Shown here in pieces: positions 38,013-48,607 of a DNA stretch of 64,000 nt. The DNA is taken from assembly GCA_947379755.1 (NCBI GenBank), contig CANCOC010000002.1:35169-99168 (forward strand), written 5' to 3'. Position numbers and translations under genes: made by a program. The DNA comes from Alcaligenaceae bacterium (GTDB lineage: Bacteria; Pseudomonadota; Gammaproteobacteria; Burkholderiales; Burkholderiaceae_B). Position 1 is the first letter of the stretch. The number at the start of each line of letters is the position of its first letter. Under the pieces are notes generated by a model. That model saw only the letters and a program-made list of their open reading frames with translations, searched no databases and was not told the origin of the DNA.

Positions 38013-38501
38013 ATGTCAAAATCACGTAATAGTTTCAACCTACTCAAAGCCATCGCACTGCTCAAGGCCTTAAGAGGTGTAGTTGCTTTAGGGATCTGTT
38101 TGACGCTGACATACTTGCTCTACACACACCAGTCAGAGCAAGCTAAGTTATTCGTGCAGGCCTTTGCAGAAAAACTCCAGGATCCGGTGCTTCGTGAGAT
38201 CACCAGGTGGGCGTCACAAATTAGCGATAACCAGTTACGTATGGTTGCGATCCTGGTTGGATCCATATCACTTTTGCGTATTTCTGAAGCGCTAGGCTTA
38301 TGGTCATCTAAATCTTGGGCCGAATGGCTTGCCATTATTACAAGTCTGATTGGTATACCAATTGAATCCATTTCACTATGGGAGCAATGGCGAATATCCG
38401 TCTTTTTCATTTTAATGACAAACGTTTTAATTTCCATTTACCTCGGAAGGGTCCTGTGGAAAACCAAAACGATCAAGACCAACACAATCGTCACCTCGTG
38501 A
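38013..38501 (+). CDS. DUF2127-type membrane protein
   Basis: LKAIALLKALRG and EALGLWSSKSWAEWLAII pattern. Confidence 0.78.
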   Translation: MSKSRNSFNLLKAIALLKALRGVVALGICLTLTYLLYTHQSEQAKLFVQAFAEKLQDPVLREITRWASQISDNQLRMVAILVGSISLLRISEALGLWSSKSWAEWLAIITSLIGIPIESISLWEQWRISVFFILMTNVLISIYLGRVLWKTKTIKTNTIVTS

Positions 38502-38544
38502 TACACAGATATTGACCAGCATCGCTGCTGCCCATCGCGGACAT

Positions 38545-40209
38545 TTAACGATCTCGTTTTTTAAGCAGCCTCATATCCATCATTCCCTGCAGACTCCGCG
38601 GATCGACATCCGGAGCAAAAATGCGGTGCTTCTGAATTTTTTGGGTTCCCGTTGTTGGAATCTGATCAGTGAACCATATCCAGCCGGGAGCCTTGTAATA
38701 CGCAAGGTTCTTCATGCAATAGCTAAATAACTGCTGACCGGTCTGCTCAAGACTGGCTGGATAGCAGGAACCGTCAACATCCCCAGTCACATCGCCCGCC
38801 TCCTTGAGCACAATACAGGCGAGCACTTCTTCTTCCCTTACCTCATCCCTGACCGGTATGACAGCAACCTGCCTGACGAGCGGATGGGCGAGCAGCATCG
38901 CCTCGATCTCTGCCGCAGCAATGTTCTCGCCTGAGCGCCTGATGATATGTTTACGCCGATCAATAAAATGCAACATGCCGTCCTGATCGCGCCTGACAAT
39001 ATCTCCGGTGTGAAACCATCCGCCGCGCCAGACCTCTTCGGTTGCCTGTTCATCATCCAGATAACAAGTAAAAAAGTCCTTGCGAGGTGTAGTCTCCGAA
39101 TGACGCACGATCAGCTCCCCTGGCACATCATCCTGAACCACACAATCCTGATCGTCGACCACTCTTGCCTCAAGGCCGGGGACTGACTTTCCAAACGCGC
39201 GCGTCCCAACCTGCCTGGGAGGCATATTGTCTACAAAGGCACGAACGATTTCCGTCATGCCCCAGATTTCCAGCAATGGCAAACCAAATCGCTCTTCAAA
39301 AACATGATGGAGCTGCGGCTCAACTCCTGCGCCTAAACCGAATCGCACACGATGATCCTGGTCAAGTGGGCTGGCAGGCTGATTCAACAGCATCGGAATC
39401 ACGACGCCCAAGTAATGAATGATCGTGGCTTCTGACTGCCTGACTTCCTGCCACCAGCGTGAGGGCTGAAAACGGTCCGTCTGTATTTGGCAGTTGCCTG
39501 TCAGTACCATGCACCAGAACGACAGAATGGAGGCATTGACATGAAAAAGCGGCAGAGGATTGTAGAGGCGGTCCTTTTGTGAGTGGATGGTCGCAAGTCC
39601 GCCCCGGGTGGCATACCAGGCACCTGCAGCAAGCTCATACCGATGCGAGAGGACACAGCCCTTGGGCCGTCCCGTCGTTCCTGATGTGTAAAGAATGCTC
39701 GCGGGCGTCTCGCTCGTCAGCGTCGGCCGACCGTCCAGCTCCAAGGATCTTGGCAACGTATCTGTAAAAGACTCACTCACCACCACAGGCGGTTGCCATG
39801 AAGCCAGGGCAATTGCATCCCCAAGCTGTGCCTGTCGTGACTGAAGCACGACGACAAGATCCACATGCGAATGTTCCAGCACATACGCCAGCTCACCCGC
39901 CCGATAGTCCGGATTCATCGGTACACAACAGACACCCAGAGCATTCAGGGCAAGTTTATGCAGAATATGCTCAGGACGATTTTCAAGAAACAAACCGATG
40001 CGCTGACCAGGGCCATAACCCGCCTCGTTGTACTGCTTCATCAAGACTCGCACAGCATCTGCTGCGTCAGCGTAGCTGATCTCATAGCCGTCTGGATGAT
40101 AGGAGCGTGCTGGATTGAGTGGAACAGCGAACAAACTACTGGTGCCGAATAAACCAGCCGCTTTAAAAAAGGCTTCACCAATGGTTGTACTGTCATCGAT
40201 CTGAATCAT
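38545..40209 (-). CDS. AMP-binding acyl-CoA ligase (CaiC-like)
   Basis: YTSGTTGRPKG, WGMTE, FHTGD and RRSGENI motifs. Confidence 0.93.
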   Translation of the reverse strand: MIQIDDSTTIGEAFFKAAGLFGTSSLFAVPLNPARSYHPDGYEISYADAADAVRVLMKQYNEAGYGPGQRIGLFLENRPEHILHKLALNALGVCCVPMNPDYRAGELAYVLEHSHVDLVVVLQSRQAQLGDAIALASWQPPVVVSESFTDTLPRSLELDGRPTLTSETPASILYTSGTTGRPKGCVLSHRYELAAGAWYATRGGLATIHSQKDRLYNPLPLFHVNASILSFWCMVLTGNCQIQTDRFQPSRWWQEVRQSEATIIHYLGVVIPMLLNQPASPLDQDHRVRFGLGAGVEPQLHHVFEERFGLPLLEIWGMTEIVRAFVDNMPPRQVGTRAFGKSVPGLEARVVDDQDCVVQDDVPGELIVRHSETTPRKDFFTCYLDDEQATEEVWRGGWFHTGDIVRRDQDGMLHFIDRRKHIIRRSGENIAAAEIEAMLLAHPLVRQVAVIPVRDEVREEEVLACIVLKEAGDVTGDVDGSCYPASLEQTGQQLFSYCMKNLAYYKAPGWIWFTDQIPTTGTQKIQKHRIFAPDVDPRSLQGMMDMRLLKKRDR

Positions 40210-40257
40210 AGGAGTCCGAATGGTTTGTCATGATGTAAAGCTTCAGTCAAAGCCGGT

Positions 40258-40932
40258 TCATTCGGGCGGCAAGGCGAGTGGCGACGGGATTGTAGATATT
40301 CCCTGCGCGCAAGCCGTTTGGGTTTCTGCAGCCTGTGCGCGCAAAAATCCAGCTCTCAGAGTCAATCTCTCGTAGTACGCCATTACTGCCGGCTTGAAAC
40401 CAGGGGTCAGATCCAGGAAACTCGCCAGATACAGCGCATACCCCACCGACACATCCGCAGCAGTCAAACGCGCGCCACAAATATACTCTCGCGCACTCAG
40501 ATGGGTTTCAAGCTGTCGCAATCTCGCAAAGAAGAATCTGGTGTAGTCCACGACCACTTGTGGCTGTCTGCGCGCTTCGGGCTCAAAGCGGCTATAGCGC
40601 AATATCATTGCAAGAGGGACCGTCAGCGTTGTTTCACCAAAATGCAAGTAATTGAGGTAATTGGCATACTCACCATCCGTTGCCTGCACATCCATTGAAG
40701 TCGGGCCATAGCGCCCAGCGAGATACTGGCAGATGGCAGAGGACTCAGTCATCCTGACCTCGCCGTCGATCAACAATGGAACCGTACCCAGCGGATTGAC
40801 ATCCAGATATGTCTGATCAAGTGCGCGAGGTGGAAAAGGCATCATCTTTAACGCATACCCCAGACCCAGCTCTTCGAGCATCCATAATGGTCTGAACGAG
40901 CGTGCGCCGATGCAGTGATATAGAGTAATCAT
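40258..40932 (-). CDS. Glutathione S-transferase family protein
   Basis: RSFRPLWMLEELG, NPLGTVP, ESSAICQYL and LTAADV motifs. Confidence 0.93.
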   Translation of the reverse strand: MITLYHCIGARSFRPLWMLEELGLGYALKMMPFPPRALDQTYLDVNPLGTVPLLIDGEVRMTESSAICQYLAGRYGPTSMDVQATDGEYANYLNYLHFGETTLTVPLAMILRYSRFEPEARRQPQVVVDYTRFFFARLRQLETHLSAREYICGARLTAADVSVGYALYLASFLDLTPGFKPAVMAYYERLTLRAGFLRAQAAETQTACAQGISTIPSPLALPPE

Positions 40933-41051
40933 GTCTCATTGTTTTAAGTATATTTAGCTTGAGGATACTGCTGGCTATGTCTGCTACCGCACAGTTCAGT
41001 CGCGCAATTGCAAGTACATTGGATTACTTTATATTACAAAGCAGACTTGAA

Positions 41052-41234
41052 ATGAAAATTGACCACAGATATACCGCAATTTTGGCTGCCATCATCCTCG
41101 TGTCTGGTTTAACGGCATGCAATAAACCCGGTCCTGCCGAAACGGCAGGGAAAAAGATTGATGAAGCGACCGAAAACGTCTCCAAGTCGATCAACGACAC
41201 CGTCAATCAAGCCGAAAAAGCAATTAAAAACTAA
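41052..41234 (+). CDS. Small lipoprotein (60 aa)
   Basis: Hydrophobic signal with lipobox LTAC, then GPAETAGKKIDEA; start moved to ATG 41052. Confidence 0.8.
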   Translation: MKIDHRYTAILAAIILVSGLTACNKPGPAETAGKKIDEATENVSKSINDTVNQAEKAIKN

Positions 41235-41265
41235 AGCAAGAAAGTTGTGAACGAATGTGACGACT

Positions 41266-42165
41266 CTATTGCTTTGCAGCGTTGTTCATGTCGACAAACA
41301 TACCCATCAGATCGGGCACCTTGGCCTCGGCATTGACCTGCGCACCAAGCGTATAGGCATTTTTGACTGCCGTTGCCATGCCGTGTTGAACATGTGCCTC
41401 TGCAGCCATGGTGTCATAATAGGTGATGTCCTTTAAGGCATTTGACAGGGAAAAATAAAAGCCTGAGTTGTCACGCGACTCGATGTAAGGTTTGAGACGA
41501 TTAAAGACCACACCATCACCACCGCCTTTGGCCAGGATCTGCAGTAAGACTTCGGGTGCGATCCCGGCGCTCTCTGAGCATGCAGCCGCCTCGGACAGCA
41601 CTGCTGCAAAACCGAGTGAAACAAAATTGTGAATCAGTTTCATTCGATGGCCAGATCCAACCGGACCAGCATGGGTAATGTTTTCGGCATAGGTGCGCAA
41701 CAACGGTTCGCACTCTGCAAAGAGCTCAGGCGTGCTGCCAACAATCAGATTCAAGCGTCCTTCCGCAGCTTCTTTAGGCGTGCGCGTCATGGGTGCATCC
41801 ATGAATCGCCCCCCGTTCGCCTGCACGTCCTGCGCAATCCGGGCGGTCGAAGACGGAATGGCTGTTGAACAGTCAATGATGACCTGATTGTTTTTAATAG
41901 ACTTGAGCAGTCCGCCCTGCTGGTAGAGGACATCCTCAACCTGCGGGCTTCCTGTGACGCACAAGATCACAACATCCGCCCACTGGCCCAGCTCAGCAAT
42001 CGTCTGTGAACTCTGAGCGCCCAGCGACAGCAAATCATCAGCTGGCTGGTTGCCCGCATGGGAAAGGAACCTGAGTGCATAACCTTTTTTGAGTATGTTC
42101 AGGGCAATGCCGTGGCCCATGAGACCCACACCAATCAATCCGATTTTTTTATCTTGAATGCTCAT
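41266..42165 (-). CDS. NAD(P)-dependent beta-hydroxyacid dehydrogenase (3-hydroxyisobutyrate / tartronate semialdehyde reductase family)
   Basis: GLIGVGLMG, IDCSTA, DAPMTRTP and GSGHRMKLIHN motifs. Confidence 0.9.
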   Translation of the reverse strand: MSIQDKKIGLIGVGLMGHGIALNILKKGYALRFLSHAGNQPADDLLSLGAQSSQTIAELGQWADVVILCVTGSPQVEDVLYQQGGLLKSIKNNQVIIDCSTAIPSSTARIAQDVQANGGRFMDAPMTRTPKEAAEGRLNLIVGSTPELFAECEPLLRTYAENITHAGPVGSGHRMKLIHNFVSLGFAAVLSEAAACSESAGIAPEVLLQILAKGGGDGVVFNRLKPYIESRDNSGFYFSLSNALKDITYYDTMAAEAHVQHGMATAVKNAYTLGAQVNAEAKVPDLMGMFVDMNNAAKQ

Positions 42166-42332
42166 ATCCGGCTCTTTTTTCCAATAACTGAATAGGCCTA
42201 GGGGTTTTCTCTCCCCCCAGACGGATGTATTGCTATTCAGTTTAAGGCAACATACCGGAATATTAAAAAGCGACTCAGAATCGCCCAGATTCGTTCATAG
42301 ACTCAAACTATTTCAATGTCCGGAGACAATGT

Positions 42333-43559
42333 ATGCAATTCAAAAAATCCATTCTTTACAGCCTGCTGACTGCCGGCTTGCTCAGCGCCAGCATCATGAG
42401 TGGTGCTGCCAAAGCCGAGGACGTCAAGCCTTTCCGGATTGGTGCGCTTGTTGATATGTCTGGCATTTACTCCGCCCTGGGTGGCCCAGGCATGGTGAAT
42501 GCTGTCAAAATGGCTGCCGAAGATTTCGGTGGCAAAGTGTTGGGCCGTCCGATCGAAGTCCTCTCGGCCAACTACCAGAACAAGGTTGACATCACCTCCG
42601 CCCGCGCACGCGAATGGTATGACCGCGACGACGTCAACATGATTGTCGAATCGAGCGATTCAGCCTCGGCGCTTGCTTTGCAGAAAATCGCCCGTGAGAA
42701 AAAGCGTATCGCTATTTTTGCAGGCTCAGCGAGTTCTGCTCTCACCAACGCTGAGTGCTCGCCCTATGGAGTGCACTATGTCTACGATACCTATGCCCTC
42801 GCCCACGGCACAGGTGCTGCGGTCACCAAAGCGGGTGGCGACAGCTGGTTCTTCATTACGGCCGATTATGCTTTTGGTCAGGCGCTAGAAAAAGATACAA
42901 GTGAAGTGGTGGTGGCAAACGGCGGAAAGGTCATCGGCAGCGTACGCGCACCTCTGAATTCGCCTGACTTTTCGTCGTTCTTGTTACAGGCACAAGCCTC
43001 CAAAGCAAAAGTGATTGGCCTGGCCAATGCTGGTACAGATACTCAGAACGCGGTGCGTCAAGCTTCCGAATTCGGGATCGTCCAGTCCGGTCAAAAAATC
43101 GCAACCTTGCTCGTTTTCCTGACCGATATCAAAGGCATGGGCTTGCAAGTCGCACAGGGCCTGATGTTTACCAATGGGTTTTACTGGGATCGTACAGATG
43201 AGACGCGTGCGTTTGCCAAGCGTTTTGGTGAGCGTAACAACGGCGCCATGCCTTCCATGGTGCAGGCAGGCGCCTACTCCTCAACCATGCATTACCTGAA
43301 ATCAGTTGCTGCTGCAGGCACGGATGATGGCGATGCCGTTGCTGCAAAGATGAAAGAACTGGAAATCAATGACTTCTTTGCCACCAAAGGCAAAATCCGT
43401 GCCGATGGTCGCATGGTCCACGATATGTATCTGGCCGAAGCCAAAAAACCATCTGAATCCAAAGGCCCCTGGGATCTGCTGAAAATCAACGCCATCATCC
43501 CTGGCGACCAGGCTTTCCGTCCATTGTCAGAAAGCATTTGCCCGTTAGTTAAGAAATAA
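42333..43559 (+). CDS. Branched-chain amino-acid type (PBP1) ABC substrate-binding protein (orphan)
   Basis: Signal peptide; IGALVDMSG, QNKVD, ITADYAFG and IRADGRMVHDMYL motifs. Confidence 0.92.
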   Translation: MQFKKSILYSLLTAGLLSASIMSGAAKAEDVKPFRIGALVDMSGIYSALGGPGMVNAVKMAAEDFGGKVLGRPIEVLSANYQNKVDITSARAREWYDRDDVNMIVESSDSASALALQKIAREKKRIAIFAGSASSALTNAECSPYGVHYVYDTYALAHGTGAAVTKAGGDSWFFITADYAFGQALEKDTSEVVVANGGKVIGSVRAPLNSPDFSSFLLQAQASKAKVIGLANAGTDTQNAVRQASEFGIVQSGQKIATLLVFLTDIKGMGLQVAQGLMFTNGFYWDRTDETRAFAKRFGERNNGAMPSMVQAGAYSSTMHYLKSVAAAGTDDGDAVAAKMKELEINDFFATKGKIRADGRMVHDMYLAEAKKPSESKGPWDLLKINAIIPGDQAFRPLSESICPLVKK

Positions 43560-43591
43560 TTCAGAACAACGCCGGGTGTGTACAGGGGACC

Positions 43592-44779
43592 TCAAACCTT
43601 GTACCAGTCCTTGACTGCAGCGACATAACGCTCGACACCCTGGCTCACACTCGCAGGCTCAAGTGCGCCATAAGACAAGCGCTGATAGTTGGCCTCTTGT
43701 GTATCCATGAGACCAAAAGCAAAGCCAGGAATCGAGACCACTTTATGCTTTTGCGCCATGGCGCGATTAAAGGCAAGCGGATCTTGTTCACCCGTCAGGC
43801 CTGGGAGCTTCATGAGCACATAAAATGCACCTTGCGTTTGCGGGAATTGCACCAGATCGCCGAGTGTTCCGAGGGCTTCGTAGACATTTTTACGGACAGC
43901 GGCAAGCGATTCGATTTTAGGCTGCACCCATTCACGTCCAAACTTCAGCACTTCCAACGCTAACAACTGCGATGGGACCGGTGCGCAAATCAGATTGGTA
44001 TCCTGAACTTTATTCATGGCATCAAACAGATCTGCCGGAAAGACAACATATCCTACACGCCAGCTCGCCATGCCGTAGTTTTTCGACATCGAGTAGAAAG
44101 ACAAGGTGTGCTGATGCGCGCCTGGCAACGATGCCGGTGAAAAGTGCTGCACGCCGTCATAGGTAAAGTATTCGTAGGCTTCGTCACTAAAGTGATAAAT
44201 ACCATTTGCAGCACATAAGGCGTTGACTGCCGTCAGAGAGGCCTGTGAGTACACCGCACCCGTTGGATTATTCGGTGAGACGGTAATAATGGCGCGCGTG
44301 CGTGGTGTGATCGCAGCTGCCAGAGCATCCACATCCAGACTCCAGTCATCATTCACATCGACTGGTACAGGGATACAACCACACATGCGAACGGCCATCT
44401 CCTGATTGAAATAAAACGGCTTGGGCAAGATGAACTCATCGCCCGGATCAGCTACCGCCAGAATGCAATTCAGGAATGCCATGTTGCTGCCAGCGGTCAC
44501 CATGAGCATGGCGTCAGAACCACAATGGATCTTGTTTTCTTCGGCGAGCTTGTGTTCGAGGGCCTCAACCAGCCCGGGGTATCCCATCACAGCCTGATAC
44601 TTGTTCAGTTGCGCATCCCCCATCATGGTGGGCAGTGCAGCGATTGCCGCAGGAGGCGGACCATAATTCACGACCCCCTGCCCCAGCGAAATCGTGCCAG
44701 GATTGTTACGCACCAGCGCAGCGATGGCGGGAATAATGGGGGTTTCTACCGCAGCCATCCGGAGAGAGAAGCGCTTCAT
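43592..44779 (-). CDS. Class I/II PLP-dependent aminotransferase
   Basis: SPNNPTG, SDEAYE and SMSKNYGMASWRVGY motifs. Confidence 0.93.
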   Translation of the reverse strand: MKRFSLRMAAVETPIIPAIAALVRNNPGTISLGQGVVNYGPPPAAIAALPTMMGDAQLNKYQAVMGYPGLVEALEHKLAEENKIHCGSDAMLMVTAGSNMAFLNCILAVADPGDEFILPKPFYFNQEMAVRMCGCIPVPVDVNDDWSLDVDALAAAITPRTRAIITVSPNNPTGAVYSQASLTAVNALCAANGIYHFSDEAYEYFTYDGVQHFSPASLPGAHQHTLSFYSMSKNYGMASWRVGYVVFPADLFDAMNKVQDTNLICAPVPSQLLALEVLKFGREWVQPKIESLAAVRKNVYEALGTLGDLVQFPQTQGAFYVLMKLPGLTGEQDPLAFNRAMAQKHKVVSIPGFAFGLMDTQEANYQRLSYGALEPASVSQGVERYVAAVKDWYKV

Positions 44780-44844
44780 GGGTCAAATCTTCTATGTTGG
44801 AGAAAAAAGTTGATCAAAGTTTACACTGCCAAATCGAGGCAACC

Positions 44845-45771
44845 TCACTCTCCAAGCGTACCCAAAGGTGTCAAATTCACAGCAAGCGCATTGAGCATTG
44901 CACTGACCTTGGGCAGAGTTTCCCGATTTTTGAGCCAGACCAGATTCATTGCGAGACCATCTGTTTCGAGGTGTGTAAGCACTTTGACCAGCGTGCCTGC
45001 GTCAAGCTCTTTTGCGACCAGCCAGGTCGGTAGTTGCGCAATACCGTGACCGGCTGTGACGGCAACAACCTGGCCCTCTCCATCCCCGATCGCGATCCGT
45101 CCGGACATGACCCTGCGTTCCATATCTCCGGGCTCGGCGCCTGAAAAATACCAAGGATTCACCATACCGTCCCGGCGCCCGTACACAACGCAGCTGTGCT
45201 GCTCCAGATCACGATCCGTGCGTGGCTCGCCATATTTGCCGAGATAAGCCGGGGAGGCGCAAAAAATCAGTCGCTCCGCACCCAGATAACGGTGACCCAG
45301 GGCCTGCGGCCACACATCGGATCCACCAATACGAACAACGATGTCGATGCCCTCTTCCACCGGGTCGACAAATCGGTCTGAAAAAGAAATATGTGGCATC
45401 AGCAACGCGTGATCTTCCACAAACTTGAGAATGACGGGAAGTGCATGTAATCGGCCATAGGATGCAGGCAGATCAATGCGCACTCGTCCGCGAGGCTCTG
45501 TATCCTGCGCATTCATTGCCAGCTCTGCCTCTTCGAGCTCTGCAAGTACGCCCGTGCAGGTCCGGTAGAACGCTATACCTGCATCTGTCAAAGACAAGCG
45601 TCGTGTCGTACGGTGGAACAAGCGTGTCTGGAGCCTGCGCTCTAGCCTCGCCACCCCTTTGCTCACGGCCGAGCTCGTCAGGCTCAGACGCTCGGCTGCC
45701 GCGGTAAAGCTCCCCACATCTGCAACGCACACAAAAACGTCAATGCCTTTCAATCTTTCGGAGGCGTACAT
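44845..45771 (-). CDS. LysR-family regulator
   Basis: GSFTAAAERLSLTSSAVSKGVARLE HTH; start moved to ATG 45771. Confidence 0.95.
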   Translation of the reverse strand: MYASERLKGIDVFVCVADVGSFTAAAERLSLTSSAVSKGVARLERRLQTRLFHRTTRRLSLTDAGIAFYRTCTGVLAELEEAELAMNAQDTEPRGRVRIDLPASYGRLHALPVILKFVEDHALLMPHISFSDRFVDPVEEGIDIVVRIGGSDVWPQALGHRYLGAERLIFCASPAYLGKYGEPRTDRDLEQHSCVVYGRRDGMVNPWYFSGAEPGDMERRVMSGRIAIGDGEGQVVAVTAGHGIAQLPTWLVAKELDAGTLVKVLTHLETDGLAMNLVWLKNRETLPKVSAMLNALAVNLTPLGTLGE

Positions 45772-45880
45772 AAAATCCTTATTGATGAATTTAATTCCCT
45801 TCCATACATAAAATATAACGCCAATCAACATCTATTTCTCTAATAAGCTCATACCTTACCTCTTCAACAAGCAAAAGCTT

Positions 45881-47086
45881 ATGCAAACCTTAACGCTGAC
45901 GGCTGATGCCACACCCCCTCACATTCAATCAAGGTCAGGTCTGCAAATCCTGATCATGGCGGTCGCAGCATTCGTGATTGTGACCACTGAATACCTGATC
46001 CTCGGTCTCTTGCCACCCCTGGCCCGGGACCTGGACGTATCGATCGTTCTGGCCGGTCAACTGGTCACCCTGTTCGCCTTTACTGTCATGCTGTTCGGAC
46101 CATTCCTGACAGCAAAACTTTCTCACGTCGACCGAAAAAAACTCTTCACGTTCATACTTCTGGTGTTTGTTGGCTCCAACGTACTCGCCGCGCTGGCACC
46201 TAATATCTGGGTCCTGGCGCTGGCGCGCTTCATTCCAGCTCTGATGCTTCCCGTTTTCTGGGGGACGGCCAGCGAAACGGCCAGCCAGCTGGCAGGACCA
46301 GGCAAGGCCGGCCAGGCAGTTTCGCAGGTCTATTTCGGCATTTCTGCAGCACTGGTATTCGGTATACCTCTGGGCACGCTCGCAGCCGATGTCATTGGCT
46401 GGAGAGGCGCCTTTTGGATCCTGGCTGCACTGTCGCTGCTGCTGGCAATATTGATTCAGGTGTACATGCCAAAGTTGCCTATCGCACAACGCACACATGG
46501 GGAAAAGCAGACTCGTATTCTTAAAGACCCACGCTTTCTTGCAAACGTTGCGCTGTCGACCCTTGCATTCACAGCAATGTTCACCGCCTATACCTATCTG
46601 GCTGACACGCTTGAGCGGATCGCTGACATTCCTGCAAACCAGGTCGGATGGTGGCTGATGGGTTTCGGTGCCGTCGGGATGATCGGCAACTACATCGGTG
46701 GCCGCGTAGTCGACCGCAACCCGCTCGGCGCAACGGTTTTCTTCCTGGTGTTGTTAGGTGCAGGCATGCTGGCAACAGTTCCTGCTGCATCAAACCGTGT
46801 CTGGCTGGTTGTCACACTGGGTGCCTGGGGACTGGCCTACACCGCGCTCTTCCCTATTTGCCAGGTACGTGTCATGCAGGCAGGCTCAAAGGCACAGGCC
46901 CTCGCAGCAACAATGAATATTTCTGCCGCCAATGCAGGAACCGGCTTAGGTGCAGTATTTGGTGGCCTGGGCATTCGCCACTTTGGGCTGGAGTCCCTCG
47001 GGATTATTTCGACAGCAATCGCCGGACTCGCAATCGTTTTTGCTCTGGTGATGATGGTGCGTTACAACAGCGGCAAGCTCGTTTAA
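45881..47086 (+). CDS. MFS efflux-type transporter (DHA1-like)
   Basis: TTEYLILGLLP...AGQLVT and GGRVVDRN motifs; divergent from the LysR gene. Confidence 0.92.
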   Translation: MQTLTLTADATPPHIQSRSGLQILIMAVAAFVIVTTEYLILGLLPPLARDLDVSIVLAGQLVTLFAFTVMLFGPFLTAKLSHVDRKKLFTFILLVFVGSNVLAALAPNIWVLALARFIPALMLPVFWGTASETASQLAGPGKAGQAVSQVYFGISAALVFGIPLGTLAADVIGWRGAFWILAALSLLLAILIQVYMPKLPIAQRTHGEKQTRILKDPRFLANVALSTLAFTAMFTAYTYLADTLERIADIPANQVGWWLMGFGAVGMIGNYIGGRVVDRNPLGATVFFLVLLGAGMLATVPAASNRVWLVVTLGAWGLAYTALFPICQVRVMQAGSKAQALAATMNISAANAGTGLGAVFGGLGIRHFGLESLGIISTAIAGLAIVFALVMMVRYNSGKLV

Positions 47087-47304
47087 AATCACGTTTTATC
47101 GTATTGACCCACACAGTCACGTGACCAGCAACGATCATCCCCTTGACGACACAGTCGTCCAGCATCTGATAGATTCCGGGCCCTCCGATGAGGCGCCCGA
47201 GTCACATTCGACTCTAAAAATCTGGACCTACAGATCAGCCATTTTTCTGACGATGAGCTTCTGGGACGATCCTGCCTGGCTGGCCTTCATGTTTTGCTAA
47301 GCGG

Positions 47305-48546
47305 TCAATTCAGCAAACGACAATGAATGGTTTCGGGAATCAGACGCATTTGCTCCACAACCGCCTGGATATCTGAACGATCGACATCAATGACTGCATA
47401 GCCGATGGTGTCAAAGGTACTGAGATACTGGGCAGTAATGTTGATACTCGCGTCGGACAATCTGTCGTTTACTTTTGCCAGCACGCCAGGAACATTTTTG
47501 TGAATGTGGAGCATCCTGCTCCCTCCCCTCATCTCTGGTATGGCCATTTCAGGAAAATTGACTGCTGAAGTAGTGGTTCCGTTGTTGCTATAGCGCACCA
47601 ACTTTGCCGAGACTTCTTTGCCTATATTGATCTGTGCTTCGAGCGTAGAGCCCCCAATGTGTGGTGTAAGAATGACATTGTCAAAATGAATCAGCGGCGA
47701 CGTAAACAACGCATCATTGCCCTGTGGCTCCACTGGAAACACATCAATCGCTGCACCATGCAGATGCCTGCTCTCAAGCGCTGCAGCCAGTGCGTCAATA
47801 TCGACCACCGTGCCTCGCGACGCATTGATTAAATGGCTGCCCCTTTTCATCGTTGCCAACTGCGAAACACCAATCAGATTTTCAGTCTCAGGGGTTTGCG
47901 GTACATGCAGCGTGACAACATCTGAGCCCGCCAGCAACTCATCGAGCGTATCCATCTGACGCGCGTTGCCGATTGTCAGTTGTGCTGTCGTGTCATAAAA
48001 AATAACGGTCATGCCCAGATGCTCAGCCAGCACGCCCACCTGCTTGCCAATGTGTCCATAGCCAACGATACCAAGCGTTTTGCCACGTGCCTCATAGGAA
48101 TCGGCCGCGCTCTTGGTCCATCCGCCCCGATGCAAGATAGCATTCTTCTGGGGAATGCCTCGCATCAACATGATGATTTGGGCCAACACCAATTCAGCGA
48201 CACTGCGGGTATTGGAAAATGGCGCATTGAATACGGGAATGCCCTGACGAGTGGCCTGCACAAGATCAACCTGATTCGTACCAATGCAATAACATCCAAT
48301 GGCTGCGAGCTGCGTTGCGTGCTGCAGGACCTCTGCAGTGAGTTGAGTGCGTGAGCGGATACCCAAAAAATGTGCATCACTGATCGCATCAAGCAAGGCT
48401 TGTCCAGACAAGGCTTTTTCGTAAGTCTTGATACGTGTATAGCCATCGCGCGTGAGTGCCTCGAGCGCTGAAGGATGAATGCCCTCAAGGAGTACCACCA
48501 GCCGATCCGCTTTGGAAGCGGGGGTGAAATCTGTTGTCTGATTCAT
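47305..48546 (-). CDS. serA: D-3-phosphoglycerate dehydrogenase with ACT domain
   Basis: GIRSRT, CIGTNQVDL, NAPFSNTRSVAE, TPHIGGST, C-terminal HKNVPGVL ACT; start moved to ATG 48546. Confidence 0.93.
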   Translation of the reverse strand: MNQTTDFTPASKADRLVVLLEGIHPSALEALTRDGYTRIKTYEKALSGQALLDAISDAHFLGIRSRTQLTAEVLQHATQLAAIGCYCIGTNQVDLVQATRQGIPVFNAPFSNTRSVAELVLAQIIMLMRGIPQKNAILHRGGWTKSAADSYEARGKTLGIVGYGHIGKQVGVLAEHLGMTVIFYDTTAQLTIGNARQMDTLDELLAGSDVVTLHVPQTPETENLIGVSQLATMKRGSHLINASRGTVVDIDALAAALESRHLHGAAIDVFPVEPQGNDALFTSPLIHFDNVILTPHIGGSTLEAQINIGKEVSAKLVRYSNNGTTTSAVNFPEMAIPEMRGGSRMLHIHKNVPGVLAKVNDRLSDASINITAQYLSTFDTIGYAVIDVDRSDIQAVVEQMRLIPETIHCRLLN

Positions 48547-48607
48547 GATTCTGTCCTGTAAATGAAAAGAGAACTGAACGGAGTGATTGTTGCGAACTGG
48601 TTCTGAC

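Noticed and set aside
47121-47300. 59-aa GTG-start ORF between the MFS gene and serA
   Set aside because: No RBS, no recognisable motif, and no independent support.
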